Part shown: one piece after another, positions 1-12,735 of the stretch
How the letters are laid out: each line of letters starts with the position of its first letter
Position numbering within the stretch: position 1 is the first letter of the stretch
From: the human T2T-CHM13v2.0 reference genome, Homo sapiens
DNA length: 64,000 nucleotides
NCBI RefSeq assembly: GCF_009914755.1
Contig: NC_060926.1
Strand: one strand, 5' to 3'
Notes under the pieces: generated by a model
Database searches by the model: none
The model's input: the letters and a program-made list of their open reading frames with translations, nothing else
Told to the model about the DNA's origin: nothing
Made by a program: the position numbers and the translations under genes

Positions 1-2215
1 TTTGAGTTTTGTTGAGCTTCCTCAAAGCAGCTATTTTAAATTCTGTCTGAAAGATAACATGTCTCCATCACTCTGGGACTGGTCGTTGCTGCCTTATTTA
101 GTTTGTTTAGTGAGTTATGTTTTCTTAGATGGTCTTGATGCTTGTGGATGTTTGTTGATGTCTGCACATTGAAAAGTTAGGTATTTATTTTAGTCTTTGC
201 AGTCTGGGTTTGTTTGTACCCATCTTTCTTGGAAAGGCTTCCAAAGTACTCAAGGGGAATTTAGTGTTTTGATCTAAATATTTGGTCACTGCAGCTGTAT
301 CTGCATTAGAGGACACCCCAAGCCCAGTAATGCTATGACTCTTGTAGACTTGTAGATATACTTCCTTGGTGGTCTTGGGTAAGACCCAGGAGAATTCCCT
401 GGATTACCAGGAAAACTCTTGTTCTGTTCTCTTACTTTCTCCCAAGAAAACATATAGTCTCTCTCTGTCCATGCTGAGCTGCCTGGAGCTTGGGGAGGTG
501 TGACATAGCACCCCTGTAACCACCAACACTGGGACTACATTAGGCCACATCTGAAGCCAACATAGCAGTAGGTTTTGCCTAAGGCCTGCAGTGAGTACGG
601 TCTTGGTACTGTCAATTTTCACTCAAGGCCCAAGGGCTCTTCAGTTAGGAGGTGCCAAATTCAGTTTGCCTTATGTCCTTCCCTTCAGGATGGCGAGTTA
701 CTGTCCCATTCCAGGGTTGGTCCAGAAATGTCATCTAGGAGCCCAGGTCTAGAGTCAGGAACCTTAGGAATTCACTTGGTGCTTTACTTTACTGTGGCTG
801 AGCTGGCACCCAAGCTGCAAGACAAAATTCTCCCCCCTCTTTCATCTCCTCTTCTCATGCAGAAGCTGTCTCTCCCCATGGCCACTCCCGCTACAGGCCT
901 ATAGTAAGTGCCGTCTGGCTACTGCTAATGTTCACCCAAGGACCGAGGGTTCTTCATTCAGCTTATTGTGAAAGCTACCAGGCTTGGATTTCTTCCTTCA
1001 AGGCAGTGGGGTTCCTTCTGGACCACGGTTGTTCCAGAAATCTCATCCAGAAGCCAAGACTTGGAATTGGGGACCCCAGGAGCCCACTTAGTACTCTCTC
1101 CACAATGGCCCAACCGCACACTATCTACAAGACAAAGTCCTCTTTGCTTTCCTCTCCTTTCCTAGAGCAGAAGTCTCTCCCCATAGTCACCACAGCAGGG
1201 GATGTTCTGAGTCACACGTGGAGCCAGCATGTCTCTGAGTCTCACTTAAGGCCCATGGTGAGTACTGCCTTGGTATTGCTGCTAATTATTCAGGGTCCAA
1301 GGGCTCTTTAGTAAGCAGGTGATGGATTCTGCCAGGACTGGGTCCTTCCTTTCCAGGTAGCAGATTCCCTTCTGGCCCAGGCTGTGTCTATAAATGTTAG
1401 CCAGGGGCCAAGGCCTGGAATAGGATCCTCAGGACTCTGCCTGGTGCCTTATTCTACTGTTACTGAGCTGGGTATCCATGTTGCAAGACAAAGTCCTCTT
1501 TACTTTCCCTTCTCCTCTCCTCAAGTGAAAGGAAGGAATCTCTCTTAGATCTGTAGGCGGCACTTACTCGGGTTGGGGAGGGATGATGCAGGCACTCCTT
1601 TTGCCAGCCCAGTTGGTGTCTCAGTAGGTCATGTGCTCCTCAAGTACACTGGCTCTGAGCCCTGCACAGCAGTAAGACTTATCCAGGAATTGTAGGTTTT
1701 GTGGCCTATACTGCCTTTCAAGTTTATTTAAGACCCCAGAGTGCTTTAGCCCATGGGGGTGGGGCTAGCTGGAACTCAGGTTCTGGTCACTGGCATTGAC
1801 AATTCCCCTCTGGCCAGAGCTTGTCTAAATGCTCCCTCTGTGAGCACTGGTCGAATTCTGACCTATGTTGCTTTCCACTGTGATAGAGCAGCACTGAGTT
1901 CCAATGCAAAGTCCCACACTCACAGCACTCTCCGTCTCCCAAGTTCACAGACTTTCTTTGCACCACAAGGCTGCTGTCGAGGAAATGTGTGAAGGGTGGT
2001 GTTGGCAATTCAGGACTGTCTTTCCTGTCTTCTTCAGAGCTTCTTCTTTCCTTGCTATGATGTTAAAACCAGGTACTGTAATAGCTCACCTGCTTCTTGG
2101 TTTTTATGAAGTTGCTTTATTGAGTGGACAGTTGTTCGATTTGCTATTCCTGGGGTATGGTGGGGGGTAGAAATTGCTGGAGGGTTCTATTCAGCCATCT
2201 TGCTCTGCCTCCCTC
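1..2215 (-). mobile_element. LINE-1 (L1M1/L1M2-type) 5' UTR and start of ORF1 region; continues beyond left edge
   Basis: Minus strand starts GAGGGAGGCAGAGCAAGATGGCTGAATAG (L1 5' terminus with YY1-type AAGATGGC, 2194-2201); ~310-355 bp diverged tandem units at ~580, ~893, ~1248 typical of old L1M 5' UTRs. Confidence 0.85.
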
Positions 2216-2219
2216 TACT

Positions 2220-2840
2220 TTAAATTATTGGTAGAATCTATCATAATGGAGAGTTCTGCTTTTTCCTAATACATGTTTGATAGTTTAATAGTTAAGGAAA
2301 CATTTGGATTTTATTTCTTCACGTGCCAGTTTTGGTAAATTGTTTTTTTTTAATATATTAAATCATTTGGCATAGGTTGTTAAATTTATTAATATAAAGT
2401 TATTTGTGATGCAATATAATTTTTTTAAGTTTCTATAGACTATGTTATAATATTTTCTTGTTTGCTCCAAATACTTGGTATATTGTGTTTTCTCTTGTTT
2501 TTCTTCATAATTTTTGTTTGATGAGTTTTCATGAAACAAACTTCTGGGTATGATCTAAATATAGATCAAATTTAGATCTAAATTTAGATCTAAAAATTAA
2601 CAAATTTGATCTATTTTTATTCCTGTACTGTTTTCACTTTTGTTGATCTTTGTTCCCATATTTATTTTCCTCCTTCCACTGCTTTTCAGTTTGAGTTGCT
2701 CTTATTCTTCCACCATTTTTAGATGAAAACATGTCATTAATTTGAAAACTATTTTTTTCTAATGTAAACATGTAAGTCTATAAATTCCCACGTGAGCACT
2801 TCTTAAGCTTCATCCCACAAATGTTGATATGTTGTATAAG
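2220..2840 (-). mobile_element. Older L1M ORF2 fragment
   Basis: T-rich; TATAAATTCCCACGTGAGCACTTCTTAAGCTTCATCCCACAAATGTTGATATG resembles antisense L1M ORF2. Confidence 0.65.
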
Positions 2841-5800
2841 AACTGTACTCAAAGCAAGTGGTCTCAAATTCTCCACCTATTATGTGTTTATGGCAATGTC
2901 TCCAAATGAAATGCAGCCCCCTTCTGGAAGGAGATCTGTCTTCTTCATTACCCTTCTCATCACCTAAGAATTTATGGCTGCTTTTAACTCATCAGAGGAC
3001 TCAATGGTCCAAAAGAGGTGTGAGTCAAATAGATTGAGGTGGGCAGGGGCTTGGTCCTGGGAATCGGGGCACGATGGGGATTTGCATGGGAAATCTGCAG
3101 AGTGGTTGGAGCCAGGGGACCATGATATGTATCCAAGGGGTAATATTGAGGCAAAAATGGGAGAAGCAAAATCTCATATCAGGTCCAAGTCATGAGCACA
3201 TATGCAGGAAAATAAGATGAAATTAGAAAATGGATACACCTAGAAAGAGAAAAAGAGTTTTAGAAGAAAAAGTGGAGAGAGGGCAAGGATTTTCAGCAGA
3301 CAGGATCAAAAACGTCAAATTTCCCTTTTTTGGATGCCAGATGTATGCATGCAGATGAGTACATATGGTTTAAACGGAAAGCGTGCCCAGCTCCTGAGAT
3401 ATTCTCCCCATCTTCATATTCCTTGCCTCCTTTCATCATAAGTTCCTGGTATCATGCCTAAAAGGTTTGAAATTTTTTAAGATTTTAAATAAACTAGTAA
3501 GCACTTAATTGAAAAGTCATTTACCCCAAAATATTATTACATTTATATTTATTAAAAACAAAATATTGTGCTTTATTGTCACTTAAAATTCCAACATAGA
3601 CCATAGAATTACAAAATTATTATATTACATATCTTTGTAAGTTGTTTAGCATAAATTCTAGTGTTTTTGTGCTCTAAACAAGGAGACTGAGGTCTACGTA
3701 GATCAAATAGTTTCTCTAAAGTTCTAATTGCTGTGACTCTCCTGCGGTTAGGGAGAGTTTTCTACTTTGGCTGTATCTAGCAATACTCTCAGTGATGTAA
3801 CTTAGTGTAATATTTTTTAAGAATAAACTTCAATAATACAACTTCTTTGATATGAGAAACATTTAAATGCTTCTTATCAATCCATGAATCAAAGCTCTTA
3901 TGACATTTTGAGGTTATCTCTGTTAACATGTACCCAGTACTCCTGGAATATTATAGATGCTTAGTAAATTTTTTTTTTTTTGGAAAAAAAAGCATCAATT
4001 CTTCCATGCTCAGATATAATTATGTTATAAATATTAGATATAGAAAAGATTTCATTCATATTTATACAATTAGAGAATGCATGCTTGTTTGTTTCTAAAT
4101 GACTTTATATGTCAAAAAAAAAAAAAACCCTGTGATGAAACAAGGAGGTAGAGGTGACAAAAATGGGTTTCTCTTCTGTAATTATTTTGAGTTTTATTCA
4201 GCTAATTCAAAGGCTAGTTCATTCTAGAAAAATAAAATTGATACAAACTCATCAGAGTCTACTTGTGCCAATTTTTTTTTAACTACCACGTAGGCTTGTT
4301 GGTAAAAAGTAGAATTGACTAAACTTGAAAAGCCATTGATGAAAACAGGCACTTAAATTCCCCGTGATGACATGTTTTTTTTTCTCTTTAAAAAACTTGG
4401 TTTTCACTACATAAAATAAATGGTCATACCACAAAGCAAACGCAGCTATCACAAACCTACGTCAATGACATTGACTCTATTTCCTTGCACATTTTTCCCA
4501 TTTTCACAGCTGTGAAATCCGGAGGCCCCTTATAGTGCATGCCAATTTACAATTATGTTCCACAGTCATGGATTTGGCCTTACTAATTTATAAAACTGTA
4601 GCATTTCTAAAGAAATACTACAATGGCATGTTGTAGTATGGCTAATTTTTTATACCCAGTGCCTAGTATAGTGTGTGGCAGATTGTAGTGGGTCGGTGAA
4701 TGTGAAAGAGAGTTTCAATATTGTTAAGTGCATATTCACTGCTAAATTTTGGTGTCTTATAAGTTTTAATTGCTCAAAGAAACTATGGTCCATGGGAAAG
4801 GGAAGGAGTGGAGCTGAGTTAATGAATGATTCAAACTAGTTTTCCAAGGGGCCCTGCAAGGGAAAGAAAGTTGACTAACATATGTGCTGGGTAGCCATGC
4901 CCAGAGAGAGCAAACCCTTTCATGGGTGAAACACTCTTCAGGTTTCAGGTCATTTTAGGGACTTGCTGGTGAATGGCTAGCCACAAAGGTAACATTTATC
5001 AAGTTACTCAGGTTAAGTTCATCATTAAATTTCCTATTTTCTTTCTCCTGGAATCTCGTGGGTTTTGTTTAATGTTGGAGACAGATGGTGCTGAGGCATT
5101 TCAGGTGTTAGTTGATGACATTTTGGTTTTCCTAGGTTTTTTCCAAGTAGATTAAATCCAACAGTACATCACTTGTGTTTCCCAGCATCATAGTCTTGCT
5201 GGCTCCCTGATGCCTGAACCAAATATTTGATCCTTCAACCATACTCACGCTTCCTGCTCTGCCCACAAGTTCTCCCTTCGAACACCAGGCACCATCTGTT
5301 AAATTGATGTGAGGAGGAAATGAGAAACAGTTATATGAATGCTGCCACTGATCAGTTATCAAGTGATATCTAATTAGCTCATCTCTGATTATCATATAAT
5401 TAAAGATATCTATCATATCCCTAGCTCAACCCCAGCACCGAATAGTTCTCTTTGTCACAAGTCAGGAAGGACAATACATCATCCCAGCGCTGCCTGAGAA
5501 GCAAGTCAGCCTCACAGCTCAGCAGGTTTTGCTTCAGTTCTTCCTCACTGATGACCGATTGTCTGAGGCATCCCCTCTCTAAAGCATTGCATGAAATCTT
5601 TTCTCACATTTGCTCTGAAGTGGGAAGGGAAATGAGTAAGGACCGTGTCTTCTTTGTTGCTTTTCTATCATCCTGGCTTCAGCTTTTTGTATCTTGTTGA
5701 ATAGAAAGATGATGTGAAGCCAGCTGTTCCCCTCTCCTTGGCTCCTGGGAGAGGGTCTCAAACTCTTTCTCTGTGAAAGCAGGGTGTCAAGAGGACAATG

Positions 5801-5924
5801 GAGGGTAACGATGGGAAAGAGAGGCTCACTCTTCCTTTCTTCTTCGCATTCTTCTCAAAACTAAGAGAGATGTTGGGGAGAGAGAGACCTGCAAGTAAGC
5901 TCACAAGAAATGACTGCAGTGATG

Positions 5925-6165
5925 ATAGGAATAGCTAACTGCTGTTGAGCAACACTTTTGGCAAGCAGTGGCTATTTTAAACATAATACACAACACTGTA
6001 TGATATTATACATAACGTGCATCTTTTATATGGTAATATGACAATTATTTTAAAAATGAAGAAACTGAGGCTGGGAGAAGTCACATGCCTTGACCAATCT
6101 GTAACTAATATGCAGGGAAGCAACTCGCGGACCCTGGTCTCCGCCTCCAGAAGCTCAACTGTGCC
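5925..6165 (-). mobile_element. MIR SINE
   Basis: Antisense MIR core AAAATGAAGAAACTGAGGCT...CCTTGACCAA. Confidence 0.8.
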
Positions 6166-6174
6166 CCTAACAAT

Positions 6175-6315
6175 CTGTAATAGTAGTTTGCCAACGAATA
6201 TATTACATATCTTTCTGAACCTCAGTGTTCCCATCTGCAAAACAAGGATGGAAATCCTTACTTCAAAGGGTTTTTGTGAGAATTATATAAGTAAATGTAT
6301 CTAAAAATCCTGATT
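6175..6315 (+). mobile_element. MIR SINE, head-to-head with previous copy
   Basis: Sense MIR core CTGAACCTCAGTGTTCCCATCTGCAAAACAAGGAT...TTGTGAGAATT. Confidence 0.75.
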
Positions 6316-6384
6316 TTAATACATGACCCATGGATGTTCAGTTCCTTTTTTAATTTAACCTGAATTTCTATAGCTATCATAGTC

Positions 6385-6695
6385 TGATTTATGTAGCATA
6401 TCTTTAAATGCCAACAACATGTCAGACACCAAGACTGCCATGATAAATAAGATATCCAGGAGTCTTTCCTCAATAGCCCCTGGTCCAATGACGGAGTCAA
6501 ATATATATATAAAATGAACATGGTACAGAAAGATAGATATTATCAAGTACCTCTGAAATGTCTGGGAAACCTTAGAAAATCATGTAACAATTGAGATTGG
6601 TTTTGAAGGGTGAATAAGAGTTAATGAGGGAAACACAGGTGAGTAGAAGGACATTTCTATGTAAAATGTGTCAAAGCATGAAGATATGAAACTAC
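6385..6695 (-). mobile_element. L2 3' fragment
   Basis: ATGTCAGACACC...ATGATAAATAAGATA and TTTTGAAGGGTGAATAAGAGTT resemble antisense L2 3' region. Confidence 0.55.
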
Positions 6696-8148
6696 ATATT
6701 TAATTTTTACCGATTTTTAATAATTTAATGGGTTTCTGCAGCCATCGCCACTGGGCATTTTTAGAACATTTCCAATATTCTCCAAAATTGCCTCGTACTG
6801 TCAGCTCCCACCTACATTACCAAATCACTGATCTGCTTTCTGTTTTTAGAGTTGCTTTTTTAGAAATTTCATATAATGAAATCACATATTATGTAGTCTT
6901 TTAAATCTGACTTCATTCACTTAGTATAATATTTTGAGGTCAATTTATGTTGCAGTACGCATGAGTAGTTCATTTATTTTTATTCCTGGACAGTATTCTG
7001 TATTTCATGTACACACAGGTCACATGTGTTCATCCATTCATCAGTTGATGGACAATTGCGTTATTTCTAGTTTGGAGTTAGGAAGAATAATGCTGCTATG
7101 TCATTCTGTGCACCTGTATTTATTTCTCTTAGGCAGATACTTCGGACTGTAATTACTGAGTCATATATTATGTGTTTAACTTTTTAAGAAATATTAATAT
7201 ATAAATAATTTATCAAAGTTGCTGGACTCTTTTACCTTCTGTCTAGCATTTTTTAGTATTCTACTGTTCTATACTCACTTCAACTCTTAGTATCCACAGT
7301 TTTTTAGTACAGCATTCTAGTAGGTCTCTCATGAAGACCATTGTGATTTTCATTAGCACTCCTTTAATGACAGTGCAGTTAAATGCATTTTCATGTGCTT
7401 ATTAATCATGGGTATATATTTATATATACATGTTTATATACATAAGTATATATTAAATATGTATAAGTATGTATATAGAGGGGATATGAAATATGTATTA
7501 AAATCTTTCCCATTTTTTACTTCAGTTGCTTGACTTCTTACTGTTGAGTTGCATTCTGAATATAAGTCCTTTATCAGATATTTGATTTGCAAATATTTTC
7601 TCCTTGTCTGTGCCATGAATTTTTATTTTAAGGTCATGTTAGTTGCAGAACCTTTATTAAGTTCATTTACCAAGTTTTTGTTTGACGAATGCTGTTTTTA
7701 ATATCATATCTAAAACATTTTTGTTTTATCCAAAATCGCAAAGATTTCATTCTATATTTTCTTCTAGACACTTTATATTTTTCATTTTAACAGTTAGATC
7801 TATGACACATTTTGAGATAATATTTGTATATGGTGTGAGTTAAGGATCTAAGATTATATTTCTTATGAAGACATCTCATTGTCCAGCATCATATATCGAA
7901 AACATGATTCTTTTCAAATTAGATTTCCTTGATACCTTAATTCCAGCCTCCTTATTGTATTCCTTGGATATATAGGTCTATCCTTAAACCAGTACCACAG
8001 TGTTTCTTGATGCTGTAGCTTGATATTAAATTTAAAAATTTGGGAGTGCAAGTTCCCTAATTTTTTTTCATTTTTTTATTCATAGTAATTTGCATTTTTC
8101 CATAAATTATAACATTACTCTGTCAGTTTTTCCATAAAAATTCTGCTA

Positions 8149-8285
8149 GGCCAGATATACCTGTAGTCTCAGCTACTGGGAAAGTTGAAGCAGGAGGATC
8201 AGTTGAGCACAGAATTTCAAGGCTGTGGTGCACTATGATTGCACCTGTGAATAAACACTGCACTTTAGTGTGGGTGACATAAAAA
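8149..8285 (+). mobile_element. FAM (fossil Alu monomer)
   Basis: GGCTGTGGTGCACTATGATTGCACCTGTGAATAAACACTGCACT retains the 7SL-derived segment diagnostic of FAM; flanked by AAAAATTCTGCTAGG / AAAAAGCCTGCTAGG. Confidence 0.8.
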
Positions 8286-9598
8286 GCCTGCTAGGATTGT
8301 GCTGGGGATTGCCTTGAATCTATAGATCAATTAAAGGAAATTTTCTATCCTAAAATTATTGAGTCCTTATTTACATCTTCTCGATTTTTCTTAGCAATAT
8401 TTTGTAGTTTTCAATGCAAAAGTATTTATTTTGTTAAATTAATTCTTAGTATTTTATTATTTGTGTTATTAGCTTAAGTAGAATTGATTTCTTTCTTTTT
8501 GTTAGTATGTAGAAATAAATTTTTTTTATGTTGATTTTGCATCCTGTGAAATTTCTGAACTCATCTATTTGTTCTAGTAGGGTTTTTAAGATATTCTTTA
8601 GAATTTTCTACAAACATTATCAAGTCATCCACAAAAAAATACAGTATATTGATTTTGTATTATATGAAATTAGTAAGTGATTTATTCTAGTAGCTTTTTA
8701 AAATACATATTCTTTAAGATTTTCTGCATGTATTATCATGTCTGTAAACCAATACAATTTTCTTCCTTTCCAGTTTGGATTCCTTTAATTTGAAACTTAG
8801 TAAAAACTTGAATAGGAGTAGTGAGAAAAGAAATATTCACTGCATTCCTTATATTGTGGGGAAAGCACTCAATCTTTCACTGTAAAGAATGATATTAGCT
8901 ACAGGTTTTTCCCATATCCCTGTACCACTTAGAGAACATTAGCTTCTATTCCACATTTAAAAAAAAAAATTTATCATGAATAGGTGCTACCTTTTGTCAA
9001 ATGTTTTCTGAATCTATTGAGATAATCATGTATTGTGCTCCTCCTTTATTCTATCAATACTTGTATTACATTGATTAGCTTTTACATGTTAAACTAACTT
9101 TGTATTCCTGAGATAAATCTCACTTGGTCTTCAAATATAATCATTTTTACATATTGCTGAAATTACATTGCTAAATTTTTTGAGGATTTTTACATTTATG
9201 TTCAAGAGGGTTACCGATATATATTATTTCTTATTATTTTTAGTGTCTTTTTGGGGGTTTTGTATCAGAGTTATACTGATCTTATGAAGTGAGTTGGAAG
9301 TGTTTTCTCCTTCTCTGTTTTCTGGAATAGTTTGAGTACAATTAGTATTTATATTTACTCTTTAAATATTTGGTAGAATTCACCAGTAAAGCCATTTGCA
9401 CCTGGGCTTTCCTTTCCAAAGAGATTTTTACATTACAGAGTCAATGTCTTTATTTCCAATAGGTCTATTCATCTTTTCTATAAATCAGTTCTTGAGTCAG
9501 TTTCAGTAATTATATTTTTCTAGGAATTTTTTTCCATTTAATATATGTTGTCATATTTTTGTCAAAAAGGTGTCTCAATATGTTTTAAATGTATATAT

Positions 9599-10168
9599 AA
9601 TGATGACCCCTCTTTCATCCCTGATAGTGGTAAGTTGATATCCTCTCTGTTATCGACTGAATGTTGGTGTTCCCCCAAAATTCCCTTGTTGAAATTTCAT
9701 CCTCAGCATGATAGTATTTAGAATTGGGATCTTTGAAAGATAATTAGGCCACGAGGGTAGAGCCCTCATAAATGGAATAAGTGCCCTTATAAGAAAAGGG
9801 CAGAGAACTGTGTAGCTCTTATTTCACCAGCGAATATAGGGAGAAGTTGACCGTCTTCAACCCAGAAGAGAGTTCTCACAGCACCTGCTGGGACTCTAAT
9901 CACAGCATCAGCTGGGACTCTGATAGTGGACTCTCAGCCTCCACAACTATGAGAAATATGCTCCTGTTTCAAAGCCAACCAGTCTATGGTACCATGTTGT
10001 AGGGCTCTACCCTCGTGGCCTAATTATCTTTCAAAGATCCCACTTCTAAATACCATCGCGCTGAGGATGAGATTTCAACAAGGGAATTTTGGGGGAACAC
10101 CGACATTCAGTCGATAACAGAAAGGATATCAACTTACCACTATCAGGGATGAAAGAGGGGTCATCATT
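9599..10168. repeat. Inverted repeat, 168-bp arms (9599-9766, 10001-10168), 234-bp spacer
   Basis: Manual base-by-base comparison: 161/168 identical, no indels. Confidence 0.97.
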
Positions 10169-10184
10169 TAAACTGATTAAAATA
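9648..10184 (+). mobile_element. MLT1A-type MaLR solo LTR, carrying an inverted insertion at 10001-10168
   Basis: Starts TGTTATCGACTGAATGTTGGTGTTCCCCCAAAATTC; 3' part CAGCCTCCACAACTATGAGAAAT...CCAGTCTATGGTA; probable terminus AACTGATTAAAATA resumes after the insertion. Confidence 0.85.
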
Positions 10185-10403
10185 TTCCTTTTTTTCTTAG
10201 TCAGTCTAGCTAAAGTTTTATCATTTAAAAAATATTTTTAAAAGTCAATGCTTGGTTTTATTAATTTTCTCTGTTTTGTGTTCTATTTTAGTTTCACTCT
10301 GTTCCTCTATTAAATATTCTTGATACTCTGTTTGGATATAATTTGTTCTTCCATTTCTAGTTTCTTAATGTAGAGCTTAGATTCTTTATTTGAGATCTTT
10401 CTT

Positions 10404-10440
<37 letters not shown>
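10404..10440. repeat. (TG)n microsatellite
   Basis: Visible TG run with one TATA interruption. Confidence 0.95.
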
Positions 10441-10769
10441 AAAGCTATAAATATCCTTCTGAACATTGCTTCAGCTACAAACCATAATTTTATGTTTTTT
10501 ATTTTCATTCAATTAAAATTCCTTTCTAATTTTCTCTTCGATATCTTCATTTATCTTTTTCTTACTTAGAAGTGAGTTGTGTTATTTCCAAAAATTTGGA
10601 AATTCCCAAATTTCTTTCTCTTGTTGATTTCAAATGTATTCCATTTTGTTTAGAGAACATACCTTGCATGACTCCAATTCCTTCAAATTTATTTATAATT
10701 TTTTGTGGAACATCATATGGTTTATTTTACCCAAAGTTATAGGAGTTTTTCATAAATAAACATTTCTGA

Positions 10770-10900
10770 ATGTGTTGCTTTGATTTAGAAAATTTCCAGA
10801 GCTCTGAAATGATTGTTTTTGACAATTTGTTTAGTTTCAACTTGCTTTTGGGGGAGAGGGTTTGCCTATCTTATTACTCTGCAATAGCCAGAAGTCCAAC
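10770..10900 (-). mobile_element. Old L1MC/MD-type 5'-end fragment
   Basis: TTTCCAGAGCTCTGAAATGATTGTTTTTGACAATTTG...TTACTCTGCAAT resembles antisense L1M 5' terminus. Confidence 0.45.
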
Positions 10901-12147
10901 CTCAATTAAATTATGCAATTTAAAATTTTATAGGGCCTTGATGTTTGACTGGCATTTGTTTGATTTTCCCGGTAGGGGGTAAGCTCTTTAGATTCATATT
11001 CATCTTTGTGTCTTACATGGCACCTATCACAGTGCTCCCAAATTCCTTAACTTCAGTGATTGGCTTTCAAATGCACTTTTCCATTAGAAAACTCACTGAA
11101 TGACTGAACAGACTCATACAAAATGGCAATTTTAAAAAGATCTCATATTGTCATTCTTTCTTTCATTGATCAAAAAAGGAATCTCCACCATTTTAACATG
11201 CATCGATTAGAAAGTAATAATTTAAGAGGTTTATCAAAACACTTGCTTTAATGCTAGAAAACTGTTGAGTGAAGATCAGCATAGCAATCTCAGTATGCAC
11301 TATATCAAGTTTAAAGGGATATTACCAATTTCTGCTGGGAGCATTTTAACAACAGGCAACAGCTTTAATAGTAGCGAATTTAAGTCTGATACTACTTTTT
11401 ACAGTATATCTTTTAGGATAATGGTTCATAAAATACAGAGCCTAGAGGACCAATTTCCAAGCCAAAGTGGGAGGTGGGGCTCACTAGGGATGTATTATTG
11501 TTTACTTTTATATTTGAGTCTGGGTTATTACTTTCAGATGTTTGTAAGATCCACCTTGGCTTCTCTCATGCAGGCTATTTATAAAAGTTTCCCTGTACAG
11601 TTTTATCTCATCTCCAGTAACATATATGCTGAATTATTTAATTTTTTTGACTTTTTCATGATAAAAAGTCACACACTTTAATTCCATTTTCGGCAAAGAA
11701 ATAATTCAATTAAAGTTGTGTACAAAAATTATTCAGAGAAAACTATTCAGAGAAAAATTGCCTTTAATCTCAACCTCATTTTCCCTAATGACATTGGTTA
11801 AAATAAAATAGAAGAAAATAAAATAGGGTGAAATCAAGCTAATTAAGTACATACATAAATAAAATCATGACTGTTCTTGAGACTGTTGGTCAGATAGCAG
11901 ATTTATTGGTCTCACAGTTAGTAACCATCCTCCTTAGGGTGACAGAATGGAAACAGTCCCTCATTTAGTCTAGCCAAAATTTCTGTAGTAAATTAATTTG
12001 CAGACTGTATTTGTAAAATAGTGTTGGAGAATGTATGAGTAACCTTATATAAGTCCGTTATGTTTTATTATGTTTACAGAAACAATAAAGATGTAATACT
12101 AAACAAAGATAAAAGCAGAGGAGTTGTATTTCGTTTAAAATAATATT

Positions 12148-12735
<588 letters not shown>

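Larger units (their letters stand above)
6700..10740 (-). mobile_element. L1MB/L1MC-type LINE (3' UTR and ORF2), interrupted by FAM, MLT1A and microsatellites
   Basis: Antisense L1M 3' end (CACTGATCTGCTTTCTGT...TTCATATAATGAAATCAC...CTTCATTCACTTAGTATAAT) then continuous T-rich antisense ORF2 motifs (TTGGTAGAATTCACCAGTAAAGCCAT). Confidence 0.9.

Noticed and set aside
404-2170. Seven ORFs of 65-127 aa
   Set aside because: All lie in the L1 5' UTR; chance frames without domain character.
5430-5610. Minus-strand frame ...ERGCLRQSVISEEELKQNLLSCEADLLLRQRWDD that looks protein-like
   Set aside because: Flanked by in-frame stops, weak splice sites, no family recognised; not called as CDS or pseudogene.
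5925-6315. Inverted MIR pairs (also 51195-51545) as hairpin/miRNA precursors
   Set aside because: Copies too diverged for extended pairing by eye.
11265-11681. 138-aa ORF
   Set aside because: Non-ATG start, AT-rich low-information composition, no homology recognised.
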